This document shows positions 1 through 10,600 of a stretch of 64,000 nt of DNA, one piece after another. Position 1 is the stretch's first letter. Each line of letters begins with the position of its first letter. The position numbers and the translations under genes are program-made. The notes beneath the pieces are model-generated. The model saw only the letters and a program-made list of their open reading frames with translations. It made no database searches and was not told the origin of the DNA. This stretch comes from a bacterium (GTDB taxonomy: Bacteria; RBG-13-61-14; DATKZS01): the NCBI GenBank assembly GCA_963674965.2, contig CAXXFL010000006.1:576001-640000 (forward strand), given 5' to 3'.

Positions 1-175
1 CCACCTTTCGAACGTCTCCCCAGCGGACCTCGGCCTGATTCCCGTATGAGGCTGCGACCTTTTCATTGAGAGGGCTTCTCACGTCGAGGCACCTCACGTC
101 GTGTCCCCTCCCGACCAACTCCTCGATGGTGGACCCGCCCACGTTTCCAAAAGCTCCCGTCAACAGTATTTTCAA
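1..175 (-). CDS. NAD(P)-dependent epimerase/dehydratase (extended SDR), 5' end only; runs off window
   Basis: Not in ORF track. TTG at 175 after AAGGAGAGG; translates MKILLTGAFGNVGGSTIEELVGRGHDVRCLDV...WGDVR, a Rossmann TGxxGxxG motif. Confidence 0.85.
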   Translation of the reverse strand, partial: MKILLTGAFGNVGGSTIEELVGRGHDVRCLDVRSPLNEKVAASYGNQAEVRWGDVRKV

Positions 176-409
176 ACCCCTCTCCTTATGCCGCGCATCA
201 TTCGCTCCAAAGGTAATTTAATAAAGATCGGCCCAAGGTTCAAGACCGACCCGCGCGTCACAAACAAAGAAGCACGAGGACCGTATACTTCTATCAATTC
301 AAGCATCATGAGTTATTCTCGCGAGCACCAACGCTGAATGGCGGCTTTGGTTTGCCCCGGATAAAAGCATACAGTATTATTTCATTTGAAAATTTCAGGA
401 GCCGCAATA

Positions 410-1849
410 ATGAAACGTTCTTTGTATCCGTGCATATGCGTTCTTATGGCGTTAACTTGCGCTTTTTCCGCGCTCGGCGCCGACTTGACTTTATCCACCT
501 CGGGCTCCCGGTTCGTTGACGCTTACGGCCGGGAGGTCATCCTGCGCGGCGCCAACGCGGGCATGAGGAGCAAGATGCCCCCGTTTTTGCCCTTCGATCC
601 CGAGCCGGACTTCGAGACGGCGCTCGAGGCCTACGTGGACGCCTTTGAAGAGATGGGATTCAACGTCGTCCGCCTTCTTATTATCTGGGAGGCCGCCGAG
701 CCTGAGCGTGGGCGCTACGATGAGGAATACCTTTCCAGGTACGACCGCATGGTCGAGGAATTCACCTCCCGAGGCGTCCGGGTCATCGTTGACGGACACC
801 AGGACATAGTAAGCCGCCGCTTCTGCGGTGACGGCTTCCCCGACTGGGCCCTGGCCAGGCGCTAACGCGACAACCGGCAACGCGCCGACTGCGGCTTATG
901 GGAGGCTCGCAACTTCCAGCCCGGCGTTTACGGATCGTGGGACCGCTTCTGGGAAAACAAGGACGGCATCCAGGACGCCTACGTCGAGATGTTCAGCGCG
1001 CTGGCCGCCCGTTACAAGAACAACCCTGGAGTCATCGGCTTCGAGCCGATAAACGAGCCCATGCCCGGCTTAAAAGGGAGCTTATCCTACGGGTCATGGA
1101 ACGAGAAACGGCTGTACGTCCTGTATGAGAAAGTCGGCCGGGCCGTTCATTCGGTTGACGAACGTTTCCTCATATTCGCCGATAGTTGCGCCCTGGAGAA
1201 CCTCGGCTCCTGGAGCGAAAAAAGGCGAAGGCCCGAGGTGGGCAACCTGGTGTTCGCCCCTCATTACTATGACGTGGGTTATTTCAAGATCGAGCTGACC
1301 ACCGGCCGGGACCGAGCGCTTATGAAGAACGGCCTTACCAGGCGCCTGGCCCTGGGCCGGCAATGGGAGGTCCCTATACTGGTGGGCGAGTTTGGAATCG
1401 AGATGGAGCGAGAAGACGCGCCCGAGTACATCCACGATCTATACTCGGTGTTCGACGAAATGAAACTGTCGGGGACCATATGGGAGGCCTCCATGAGCGA
1501 CGCCCTGTGGAACGGCCGGGTGAAAAACGTCATGTACGCCGACGGGTCCATCCGGCCCAACGCCATGGCCGTCAACCGCCCCTACCCTCGAGCCGTAACG
1601 GGAATGATTAGAGAATTCGGTTATGACCCTGGTGATAAAAGCTTTCACCTGGAGTATAAGGAAGACCCGAAAGCGGAAGTGGCGACGGAAATCTATCTGC
1701 CGCGGGCCGTATATGGAAACGATCCTTTGGTCTCGGTTTCGGGCGCTGAAGACGGCCACGATTTCAATCCCGCGAAAAGGACTCTGACCGTGTACCGAGC
1801 TAAAAGGGCCGGAGTAATAAATATCAGGGTAACGCCGTCAAAGCCCTAA
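410..1849 (+). pseudogene. GH5 glycoside hydrolase (endoglycoceramidase-like), interrupted by one in-frame TAA at 863-865
   Basis: ORFs 386..865 and 989..1849 share a frame and the gap reads through (ARR*RDNRQRADCGLWEARNFQPGVYGSWDRFWENKDGIQDAY). Signal peptide, GREVILRGAN, DGHQD, acid/base INEP, nucleophile VGEFG, C-terminal RPYPRAV beta domain. ATG 410 after AGGAG. Confidence 0.8.
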
Positions 1850-1861
1850 AACATTACCGCT

Positions 1862-3073
1862 CTATAGAGACTCCACCGCCAGCGTGGCCGGTGGTCCCGC
1901 CACGCCGAATCCGTTGACCGCCTTGATTGTGATTTTATTCTCTCCGCGATGAATATTCCATCTATAGTCAATAACGGCGCCATATTCGGCGGTTATATAT
2001 ATCCCGACCCCCTTTTGCGTTTCCCTTGCCATGGAAATGAAGGGGTTGGTGATTTTTTGATCGAGGCCCCCGTCTATCCTGACGATAAGATGATCCATGT
2101 CGTCCATGTTGGTCCTGATACGGCATGAGAGCTCGTGAGGGTCTCTTGTTTTTACCACGGTCACATGGACCTGGTTGAGAGGAAAGTTGAACTCAAGCGG
2201 GTCTTCGGTTACATACCCGTAAGGTCCTTGTGTGCCGTCCGTGAATTCATCCTTCCAGGCGAGATAGCTCATTTCACGCTCCATGAAATAGCCGGGACGA
2301 GACATGTAATCGTTCCTTAAATCGACGGCTATCCCCATGAAGGAGGACAAGGAATATTGCGAGCATACTTCAGGGTTGTTGTTAGGGCCGGCCGGTACTT
2401 TGCGGATCGATGCATCCATACCCCTCGAGACAAGGTCATGGATTTCAAGGCCGCTGAGGGGAATACCCCCCGACTCGAAATAATTGGCGCAGTCGGGGTC
2501 CATCGCGACCCAGCGGTTATATTGGTTGGACCATACCTCGACCATGAAATGCCCGCTCTTTGGCCCCACAATTTCAAGGTATCTTGCCTTCCAACCGAGA
2601 GCCAGGCAGGCCTGCGCGAAAACCACAGCGTACTGACCGCAGTATCCTCCCGTCTTGCCCGTCCTTATCATCTCGAGGATAACGTTGGCGTTCCAGGGCG
2701 GATAGGGCCTGGCCATGCCGTGGACCCATTGGCGATTGGTCCAGGCGAGCAGTAACAGCGTCTTCTCGAATTCGGAGTTCCCCGCCGAGACTACCGATTC
2801 CAGGTTTTCCCCGGCGCGGAGAGCGGCCAGTTCCGGATGGCCGGGACCGTCCGCTCGGTATTGCAAGGATCGTTGCAGGATAAGGCCGTTCCTTTCCGCC
2901 TTCATCCTCACGCCGGGGGGCAGGTCGTGGTCCGCCTTGGATCTCTCCGCCATGGTAAGAAAAGCTTTTTTCTCCGGGGGAGCCGGGCCCTTTTTCGGGC
3001 CGAGAAGATATCCTCCGCCAAAGGCCAACGCCAGAAGCGCAAGGAGAATCGGATATTTGAACCAGTCCTTCAT
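1862..3073 (-). CDS. Membrane-anchored transglutaminase-like (Cys-His-Asp) protein
   Basis: N-terminal TM helix (YPILLALLALAFGGGYLL); GYCGQYAVVF, GHFMVEVW, WVAMDPD triad motifs. Start placed at ATG 3073. Confidence 0.75.
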   Translation of the reverse strand: MKDWFKYPILLALLALAFGGGYLLGPKKGPAPPEKKAFLTMAERSKADHDLPPGVRMKAERNGLILQRSLQYRADGPGHPELAALRAGENLESVVSAGNSEFEKTLLLLAWTNRQWVHGMARPYPPWNANVILEMIRTGKTGGYCGQYAVVFAQACLALGWKARYLEIVGPKSGHFMVEVWSNQYNRWVAMDPDCANYFESGGIPLSGLEIHDLVSRGMDASIRKVPAGPNNNPEVCSQYSLSSFMGIAVDLRNDYMSRPGYFMEREMSYLAWKDEFTDGTQGPYGYVTEDPLEFNFPLNQVHVTVVKTRDPHELSCRIRTNMDDMDHLIVRIDGGLDQKITNPFISMARETQKGVGIYITAEYGAVIDYRWNIHRGENKITIKAVNGFGVAGPPATLAVESL

Positions 3074-3163
3074 GGATTGGGCGCTTTCCCCTATTAATCT
3101 TCCCGCGCGGTCTTCTCGGCCGTCTCCGGCCAAAAGATAGTATATCTCCGACCCGCGCCGGCT

Positions 3164-4576
3164 TTACGGATTGATCCTGATCGACGGGTAAATGCCCTTA
3201 TTCTCACCAGCCCTGTAAGGCTGGATCGTGTTAAATGAAATGTCCTGGTCGTCCTGGGCGTGTCCCCGGTTTTCCCCGTCCTTGTAGAGCGCCCCGTTAA
3301 GAAGCAGTATTTTCCTTATCCTCTTATGGAAGTCATTTATAAAGACCGACCCCATCCCGGTGAAGTTCATGTTGCCGATGGTCAGGTCCTCCCTCGCTTC
3401 CTCCAGGTCGTCGAGGGAAATGGCATGGTCCTTGACGTCCGCCGCCCGGCCTATGTAGCCCCAGACCAGGTGGTTATTGGGAATCTCGATCTTCTCTTCC
3501 GAGTCTATAATTGTGTGCGGCATAACGATGCAATGGTCCCCGATCTTGATTTTGCGGTCCGTCCGGCCGTTAAGAAAACAGTTGAATCCCACCATGGTCT
3601 CGAAGCCGACCTCGGAGTTGATGATCTTGCCGCCGTGTGCCGTGATGGTGTTGCCCACCAGCCTCGAGTTGATTATGTAAGAGTTCTCCTGCGCGTTCGA
3701 GCCGTCGCCCATCTCCGCGTTCTCTAAAAATGACCGCTGCGCGATCAGCACGTTCTCGCCAATGGAGGTGTCTCCGATCACCACCGAGTACCTGTTTACG
3801 GCCGAGGTGTCGGGCGCCTCGATCGGGTCCAGGTCGATGACCTTGAAGAGCTTCTCGAAATTCTTTTCCCTCTGGGTCACGAAGTCGTAGATCATGCCGC
3901 GGGGCTGGTGAGCGTCGTTGACCCCGATGTATTTGTCCAGAACGCTTTTCTCGAAGTTGTATTTGAAATTGTAATGTTTGCCCCTGGCCCAAATGGTGCC
4001 CGGCTGTATTCTTCTGTGGAAAAGCTCTCCAGCCTGCACGTACGAGAATTCTCCCACCACGCAGGAATGCAGGTTCATAAGGTCGACCGTCGAGAAGGCC
4101 CCGAGAAAGCAACCCTCCATGGTCGAGCCGTGAATGTTGGCGTAGTGGGCGGAAATGGTGTTCCGGATAAGAAACTCCTCGGGCGACTCCGGGTTGTGGG
4201 AGTTGCTGTGCACGAGCGTTTTATAAAGAAGGCTGTCCCTGATGGTGATCATCTCGTCCGCCACCAGGGGGATCTTCTTGGACTGGTCAAGGACGTCTCC
4301 TTTCCTCTTCAACTCGTCGCCCCGGATGTCGCTCTTATAGATCGCAGAGTTGCCGACGTAGCATTTGCCCAGGAAGTAACTGCCCGCCATGTTCGAATAC
4401 CTGAAATGGAAATATATGGGGTGCTGTGAGGTTATCCCATAGAAGGCGTAAAACTTCATCATCTTCTCATAGTCCATGGAATTGGCCACGTACTTGTCCG
4501 TTTGGAAATCGAACTCCTCCAGGTTGATGTTCACCCTGTTGACGATCCGGTCCAGAAGTTGCTTAATCGCTTGCAT
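3164..4576 (-). CDS. Left-handed beta-helix (hexapeptide/isoleucine-patch) transferase-like protein
   Basis: 470-aa ORF with GGAG RBS; hexapeptide repeats (VIGDTSIGENVLIA, IKIGDHCIVMPHTII). Confidence 0.7.
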   Translation of the reverse strand: MQAIKQLLDRIVNRVNINLEEFDFQTDKYVANSMDYEKMMKFYAFYGITSQHPIYFHFRYSNMAGSYFLGKCYVGNSAIYKSDIRGDELKRKGDVLDQSKKIPLVADEMITIRDSLLYKTLVHSNSHNPESPEEFLIRNTISAHYANIHGSTMEGCFLGAFSTVDLMNLHSCVVGEFSYVQAGELFHRRIQPGTIWARGKHYNFKYNFEKSVLDKYIGVNDAHQPRGMIYDFVTQREKNFEKLFKVIDLDPIEAPDTSAVNRYSVVIGDTSIGENVLIAQRSFLENAEMGDGSNAQENSYIINSRLVGNTITAHGGKIINSEVGFETMVGFNCFLNGRTDRKIKIGDHCIVMPHTIIDSEEKIEIPNNHLVWGYIGRAADVKDHAISLDDLEEAREDLTIGNMNFTGMGSVFINDFHKRIRKILLLNGALYKDGENRGHAQDDQDISFNTIQPYRAGENKGIYPSIRINP

Positions 4577-4765
4577 GTATTACTCCCCCTCCAATGAAAA
4601 GATAGATATTATTCAAACGCTTATTTTAACATGGCAAATAGTTTTTCTCCACGGCACGGCGCAATTCATGCCCGAGAGCATGATATGCCGCAAAGGCGCC
4701 GGGACCGTCAGGAACGCGATAGAAAAGGGTTAGTACAAGGCGGTGGGCGAGGTAGTCGGGACGGA

Positions 4766-5425
4766 TCAGGAAAGATCGAGACTGAAACATCCCGAGTTTC
4801 TTTCCACTCGACCTTGCCGAAACTCCACGGGCTCGTCGAATATGGGGCCGTCGTAAACGAAGGTGTGGTATTCACCCTCCTCCCCGCAAAGATCGACCCC
4901 CAGCGCCGCGAATTCATCCAATACGTCGTAATCCAGGGCCCTGCCAAGGAAGTCCTTCCCAAGCCTTTCGGCGCGGACCGTGACGATTATGGCCTTGAAT
5001 CCAAGGGCCAGAAACTCGTGAATCAATTCCTCGCGGCCCTTGCCCCAAAGGGGAAGAAATGGCTCGAGGCCGGCGGCGGAGCAGACTTTTTCCTCCCACT
5101 CGCGGTTCGGCGCGACGTCGATGTCCCCGAAGACGCCCGCTTTTACTCCCCTAGCCGAAAGGTCGCGCATGGAGGCCACGAACTCCCGCTCGTAATTTTC
5201 CCACGAGGCCCGGCCGAAAAGAATGGGCGCGCCCATGGCCTTGGCCTGACGCTCGAGCAGAAAAGGCGCCAGGCCATGCGAGCGTGACCTCTGGCCTGTC
5301 TCGTCGAGCATGTTGAAAAGGGTCTTGATCTCGAGGCCCGAGCGGCGAGCCTTGTACAGGGCCAGGGCCGAGTCCTTGCCCCCGCTCCAGGAAACTACCG
5401 AGGGCTTACTGGAATTTATCTTCAT
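4766..5425 (-). CDS. Diphthine-ammonia ligase-like PP-loop ATPase (DUF71 family)
   Basis: SWSGGKDS PP-loop, VFGDID, DLCGEEGEYHTFVYDGPIF. Confidence 0.9.
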   Translation of the reverse strand: MKINSSKPSVVSWSGGKDSALALYKARRSGLEIKTLFNMLDETGQRSRSHGLAPFLLERQAKAMGAPILFGRASWENYEREFVASMRDLSARGVKAGVFGDIDVAPNREWEEKVCSAAGLEPFLPLWGKGREELIHEFLALGFKAIIVTVRAERLGKDFLGRALDYDVLDEFAALGVDLCGEEGEYHTFVYDGPIFDEPVEFRQGRVERNSGCFSLDLS

Positions 5426-5539
5426 AACCGGATTGTATCACGACGCCATCGATTTTTCATCGCCGCATGGCTTGGATGGCCCTCGGTTCAATTGCGGGCG
5501 GCTCGGGGCTATAATAACCGTCAAGCTCGGGAACGGGAC

Positions 5540-6940
5540 ATGAATAAATCGCGGCAAAAAGATCGGCGGCTAAACATTGGAAAGGGACGTCTTGGGCTCG
5601 CGTGGGCCTTCTTGGCCATGCTAATCGCGTCGTCCATAATGGTGGAATCCTGCAAAGGCCCCAAAACAAAGCCTCAAGAGATGAACTTCTTATGGATCGT
5701 TATAGACGACCTCAAGGCGTCCCATCTGGGAGCGGCCGGCTACGCTCGGGAGATAACTCCCAACCTGGACGCCCTGGCCAGGACCGGCGTCCGATTCGAG
5801 CGGTGCGTGACCCAGGCGCCATGGAGTCTGCCCAGTTACGCCTCCATGCTCACCTCGAGGTATCCTTACGAGTTGGTGATGGGAAAACCCTACAAGATGC
5901 ACGTCATGGCCGAGACCGAGGTGGCCAGGTCAAGGGACCCCTTCAGAATGCCGGATAAAAACCTCCACTGGTACGCGGCCGCGCCGGAAAACGTTACAAC
6001 CATAGCTCAAATACTTGAACGAAGAGGGATCGCAACCGCGGCCTGGATAAACAACCCCTGGCTGTCGCCGAACGCCTACGGACTCGAGAGAGGCTTCGAC
6101 CACTATTTCGACGGGACCGAGGGCGATGGCCCCTATGCCCCGGCCGACGTTACCGCCGACCTGGCCATGGAATGGATCGAGCAAAACAAGGATGGAAGAT
6201 GGTTCGCCTTCGTGCAGTTCATGGACCCTCACAAGCCCCACCTCGAACATGAGGGGATCGACCACGGTGAAAGGATCATCGACCGCTACGACGCGGAAAT
6301 TCAATTCACCGACGGGCAAATAGGCCGGCTCATGGAGGGGGTCGAGCGGCTGGGCCTTTTTGATAAAACCATTATCGTCGTGGGTTCCGACCACGGGGAG
6401 GGGGTGTTCGAGAACGACAAGGACTTCGTGGGACACGGAGGAGGGGTCATCCCCGAGATAGTCCGCGTTCCTCTCATCATCAAATGGCCGGGTGGGCCGA
6501 ATGGAAAAGTCGTGAGCGGGCTGTGCCGCAACCTCGATATCATGCCGACCGCGCTCGAGCTGATGGGAATAGAAGACGGCCCTTCTCTTCGCGGGGTCTC
6601 GCTGCTGGGCATGATCGGGGGTGATGGGGAAGCGGTCGACGTCGCCTATACGTCTTCCGTGCTTAAAGGACCTGAAAGGGTATCGGCCATCGTGAGGGAC
6701 GGGCCGGGCGGCGACTTCTATCAGGGAGTGGCCACACCCGCTTATAAAGACCTTCGCTTCTATCCGCTGGAGAAAAAAGGCGACCGCCAGATCCCGCCGA
6801 GCGTACAGAAGCGCCTGGCCATCTTATTGGATTCATTCGTAAGGGAAGCGGCCAGATCGGCCGAGGCCTCGGAGGAGGAGTCCCCCCGGCTTTCGGAAAA
6901 AACAAAGGCGAGCCTTAAAAGTCTTGGTTATCTGCAATGA
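5540..6940 (+). CDS. Exported sulfatase-like hydrolase (alkaline phosphatase superfamily)
   Basis: NFLWIVIDDL, APWSLPSYASMLT, DPHKP, YDAEI, GSDHGE, VPLIIKWP, C-terminal LKSLGY; N-terminal hydrophobic segment. Start approximate. Confidence 0.85.
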   Translation: MNKSRQKDRRLNIGKGRLGLAWAFLAMLIASSIMVESCKGPKTKPQEMNFLWIVIDDLKASHLGAAGYAREITPNLDALARTGVRFERCVTQAPWSLPSYASMLTSRYPYELVMGKPYKMHVMAETEVARSRDPFRMPDKNLHWYAAAPENVTTIAQILERRGIATAAWINNPWLSPNAYGLERGFDHYFDGTEGDGPYAPADVTADLAMEWIEQNKDGRWFAFVQFMDPHKPHLEHEGIDHGERIIDRYDAEIQFTDGQIGRLMEGVERLGLFDKTIIVVGSDHGEGVFENDKDFVGHGGGVIPEIVRVPLIIKWPGGPNGKVVSGLCRNLDIMPTALELMGIEDGPSLRGVSLLGMIGGDGEAVDVAYTSSVLKGPERVSAIVRDGPGGDFYQGVATPAYKDLRFYPLEKKGDRQIPPSVQKRLAILLDSFVREAARSAEASEEESPRLSEKTKASLKSLGYLQ

Positions 6941-6957
6941 AGCAAAATCCGGGTTTA

Positions 6958-7509
6958 TTATTCCCAGTTCAACTCGATTACGGTCGAGTCGTCCCCCTCC
7001 CATGACCTGGATATTATCGAGCCCCTGACCTTCTTTCCGCCCGACAGCTCGACAATGCGCTCGAAAAAACCCATGGTCTGGTAAACGCTGGCCTCCTCGC
7101 CCTCCCGCGTCATGTCGAAGTATACCTCGAAGCGGGCCCGGTTCGTGCGCGTCGAGACGACGTTGATGGCGTCGAAGTCGAACAGGCTGTGTCTGAGCAC
7201 CTGGAAACGCATGAGGGACTCGACCGGGTTACCCTCCTCGATGACGTCCTTGTAAGCGTGAATGAGGTCGTCCATTTGGAAGCGACCCCAGTGGCGGACG
7301 GCCTCGAGGTCGGACTTGCCAATGACCTTGAAAGCCGCCAGGCCCATGCGCTCGAACACGTCGAGGGGATACCAGGAGTCGGGGTTGATCTTCTCATCGA
7401 GATATGTCATGTCGGTGGGAGAGAGGTGCTCGCTCCAGTCTATGTCCTTGCCGCTCTTTAGCATGCGGACCGGATCGATGAACAAGCTGCCCTTTACGTT
7501 CCTGGCCAA
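6958..7509 (-). CDS. Hypothetical protein, DUF2378/V4R-HNOX-like fold
   Basis: TTG at 7509 after GGAGGG; VKGSLF...WYPLDVF...W-terminal pattern resembles small myxobacterial DUF2378-type proteins. Confidence 0.55.
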   Translation of the reverse strand: MARNVKGSLFIDPVRMLKSGKDIDWSEHLSPTDMTYLDEKINPDSWYPLDVFERMGLAAFKVIGKSDLEAVRHWGRFQMDDLIHAYKDVIEEGNPVESLMRFQVLRHSLFDFDAINVVSTRTNRARFEVYFDMTREGEEASVYQTMGFFERIVELSGGKKVRGSIISRSWEGDDSTVIELNWE

Positions 7510-7572
7510 ATGATTTCCCCTCCCCCGGCCCGCGAGCGCGAGCCGCCCGGTCATGTCTGCCATTTATTTAAA

Positions 7573-7598
7573 GGACGGGGCCGTCGTCGACCCCGTCC
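7573..7598 (-). terminator. Probable intrinsic terminator after giant repeat gene
   Basis: GGACGGGG...CCCCGTCC stem followed by TTTAAAT on the minus strand. Confidence 0.6.
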
Positions 7599-7620
7599 AA
7601 TAGTTTGAAGCCTAAAGCGG

Positions 7621-10600
7621 CTACGGGTTCGAGTGATATCCCAGGTCCACCGTTCCGCCGTCCACCACGCCGTCTTTTCTCGTGGTCTTGCCCGACATTC
7701 CCGCCGCCGCCGCGGTCACGGCCCCGGCGTCGATGCCCGGGCTGTCAACGAGGTCTCCCGCCAGCGTATTGCTGAGGTAGAAGGCCCCGCGTGGACCGAT
7801 AACGAAAAGCGGGTCCGCGTCGATAATGTTGGTCCACGTGCCCGGGGCCCCGGCCGAGTCGCCGTCCACTATACAGTTGCTGATGGTGGGCAGCGCCGTA
7901 CCCGAGGCGTCCAACTCGTCGAATAACCCCAAGCTGGTAGAGTTGTTCCAGAAAATGCTGTCCCGGATTAAGCTCGATGACTCCTCGTTGTAAATCGCGC
8001 CGGGACCGTTGGTGGAGCTGTTTAAATTGAAAGTCGAGTTCGTGATCGTGGGCGAGGAATTAGCGACGTTCATGGCGCCGCCCATCAAGCCGCCGTTGTT
8101 CACGAACAGACAGTTCGATATGGCGACCGTATCCGAATTGAGAACGCCTACCGCTCCGCCCCCAACCAATGATGAATTGGCGTCGAAGATGGTCTGCGAG
8201 ATCGACGCGGAATTTCCGTTAAGCCCGTCAATAAAAAGTCCTCCCCCGGTTCCGCCGCTGGCGGTGTTGGATAAGAGATAGCTGTTGACCAATTCCAAGT
8301 CGGACCAGTTCGAATATATCCCGGCGCCATCATTGGCCGCGTTAAGCGTGAGGAAACACCCATAGATCGAGCCTGAGGAAAGGGACATCCCAATTCCGCC
8401 TCCCGACGCCTGGGCGCTGTTCCCCTCCAAGGTCAGATACTCGAGATTGAAGTTGTCCACGCCGTCAAGGTAGATGGCCCCGCCGTCGGCCTGAGCGTAA
8501 TTACCCATCAGCAGGCAATCTCTAACCGTGACGTCCGAGGCGGCTTGAGCGTAAACTCCGCCGCCATACTGATCGGCGACTCCCGAGGCAAATCCGCTCT
8601 TGATGATAAAACCATCCAGGATTACGTCGTTACAGGATATCGCGACCACGTGGTAGGAACTGGTGTTTCCATCCAGAATCGTAAGCAACGTGTCTCCCCT
8701 GTCCACCGTGGCCCCTTCAAGGCCAAGGAAACTGCCGTATATGTCCACGCCTTCCTTCATGGAAAGAACGGGATCGGTCGCCGCGCCGGTGGTGGAGTAA
8801 GTGCCGGAGTTCACGTAGACCAGGTCGCCGTAGGAAGCGCCGTCAATGGCGGTCTGGGGGTTGGCCAGGGCCGTGGCCCAACTGGTGCCGGTGTCGCCGT
8901 CGTTGCCGGTGGCGGACACGAACCAGGTGATAAACTCCGTCGTGTCGCCCGGTCCCGAGCAGCCGGAATCGAGGGAGTCGATCATGGCGTCGCCCTCGTT
9001 GTCCGTGCCGTCGTCGCACACGTCGGCGCCGAACTCGCTCGCGTCGAGCCAGTCCACGCAGCCGGGGTCGTCATAATCCACGTCGCCCCATCCGTCGTTG
9101 TCAACGCCGTCGTCGCACTCGACTCCCGCGTCGTACTCGTCAAGGTCGCCCTCGTCCGCGCAGCCGGGGTCGGCCACGTCCACGTCGCCCCACTGGTCGT
9201 TATCGAGGCCGTCGTCGCAGGGCATGGAGGTATCGCCGTACTCGCTCGAGTCCGTCGCGTCAAGGCAGCCCAGGTCCGCCGAATCCACGTCGAGCCATCC
9301 GTCGTTGTCAACGCCGTCGTCGCACTCGACCGCCGGATCAAGCTCGGACGCGTCGTCGGGAGCGGAGCAGCCGGGGTCGGCCATGTCCACGTCCGCCCAG
9401 CTATCGTTGTTGATCCCGTCGTCGCACTCGACCGACAGGTCACGCTCCGAGGAGTCCTCCGAGTCGATGCAGCCGGGGTCGTCAACGTCGGCAAAGCCAT
9501 CGGCGTCATTGTCGCCCCCGTCGTCGCACTCGACTCCGGCGTCATACTCGGAGGTATCGGTCGGATCGGTGCAACCCGGGTCCAGCATGTCCTCGTCGAG
9601 CCATCTATCGTTATCGGCCCCGTCGTCGCACTCGACCGACAGGTTGAACTCGCCGTCCGCGTCGTCCCTGGCCGAGCAGCCCGGGTCGGCCTGGTCGATC
9701 AGAGAGTCATAGTCGTTGTTGATTCCGTCGTCGCAGTCCACGCCCGCCTCGTACTCGGAGGCGTCCGTGGGGTCCGAGCAACCGGGGTCGCCCATGTCCA
9801 CGTCGGACCACCCGTCGTTATCGACTCCGTCGTCGCACTCGACGGAAAGGTCCAACTCGCTTCCGTCCGAGGCGTCGGCGCATCCGGGGTCGTTCACGTC
9901 GGTGAGGGAATCGAAGTCGTTATTGGCCCCGTCGTCGCACGCGACCGCCGGGTTGTATTCGCTGGCGTCGGTGGGGGAAGAGCATCCTGGGTCGTCCATG
10001 TCCACGTCCCCCCAGGTGTCGTTATCGGCCCCGTCGTCGCACTGGATCGCCGGGTTGAGCTCGCCGTTGGCGTCATTGCGGCTCGAGCAGCCGGGGTCGT
10101 CGTGGTCGGTCAGGGAGTCGTAGTCGTTGTTAACCCCGTCGTCGCAGTCCACGCCCGCCTCGTACTCGTCCGTGTCGGCCGGGTCCGAGCAGCCGGGGTC
10201 GTCCATGTCGAAGTCGCCCCAGCCGTCATTGTCCGCGCCGTCGTCGCAGGCCACGGCCGCGTTAAGCTCGCTCGTGTCGGTCGGGTCCGCGCAGCCGGGG
10301 TCGTCCATGTCGAACAGGGTATCGTAGTCGTTGTTGGACCCGTCGTCGCACTGGACCGCCAGATTGAGCTCGCTCGAGTCGGTGACGTCGGTACAGCCGG
10401 GGTCGTTCACGTCGATGAAGGAGTCGTAGTCGTTGTTGATCCCGTCGTCGCACTGGACCGCCGGGTTGAGCTCGCCGGTGGCGTCGTCGCGGCTCGAGCA
10501 GCCGGGGTCGGCCTGGTCGGTAAAGGAGTCATAGTCGTTGTTGGCCCCGTCGTCGCAGTCCACGCCCGCCTCGTACTCGTCCGTGTCGGTCGGGTCCGTG

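Noticed and set aside
863-865. Stop-codon recoding at the GH5 internal stop
   Set aside because: Codon is TAA (not Sec/Pyl) and TAA terminates other genes here, e.g. thrS and pilA.
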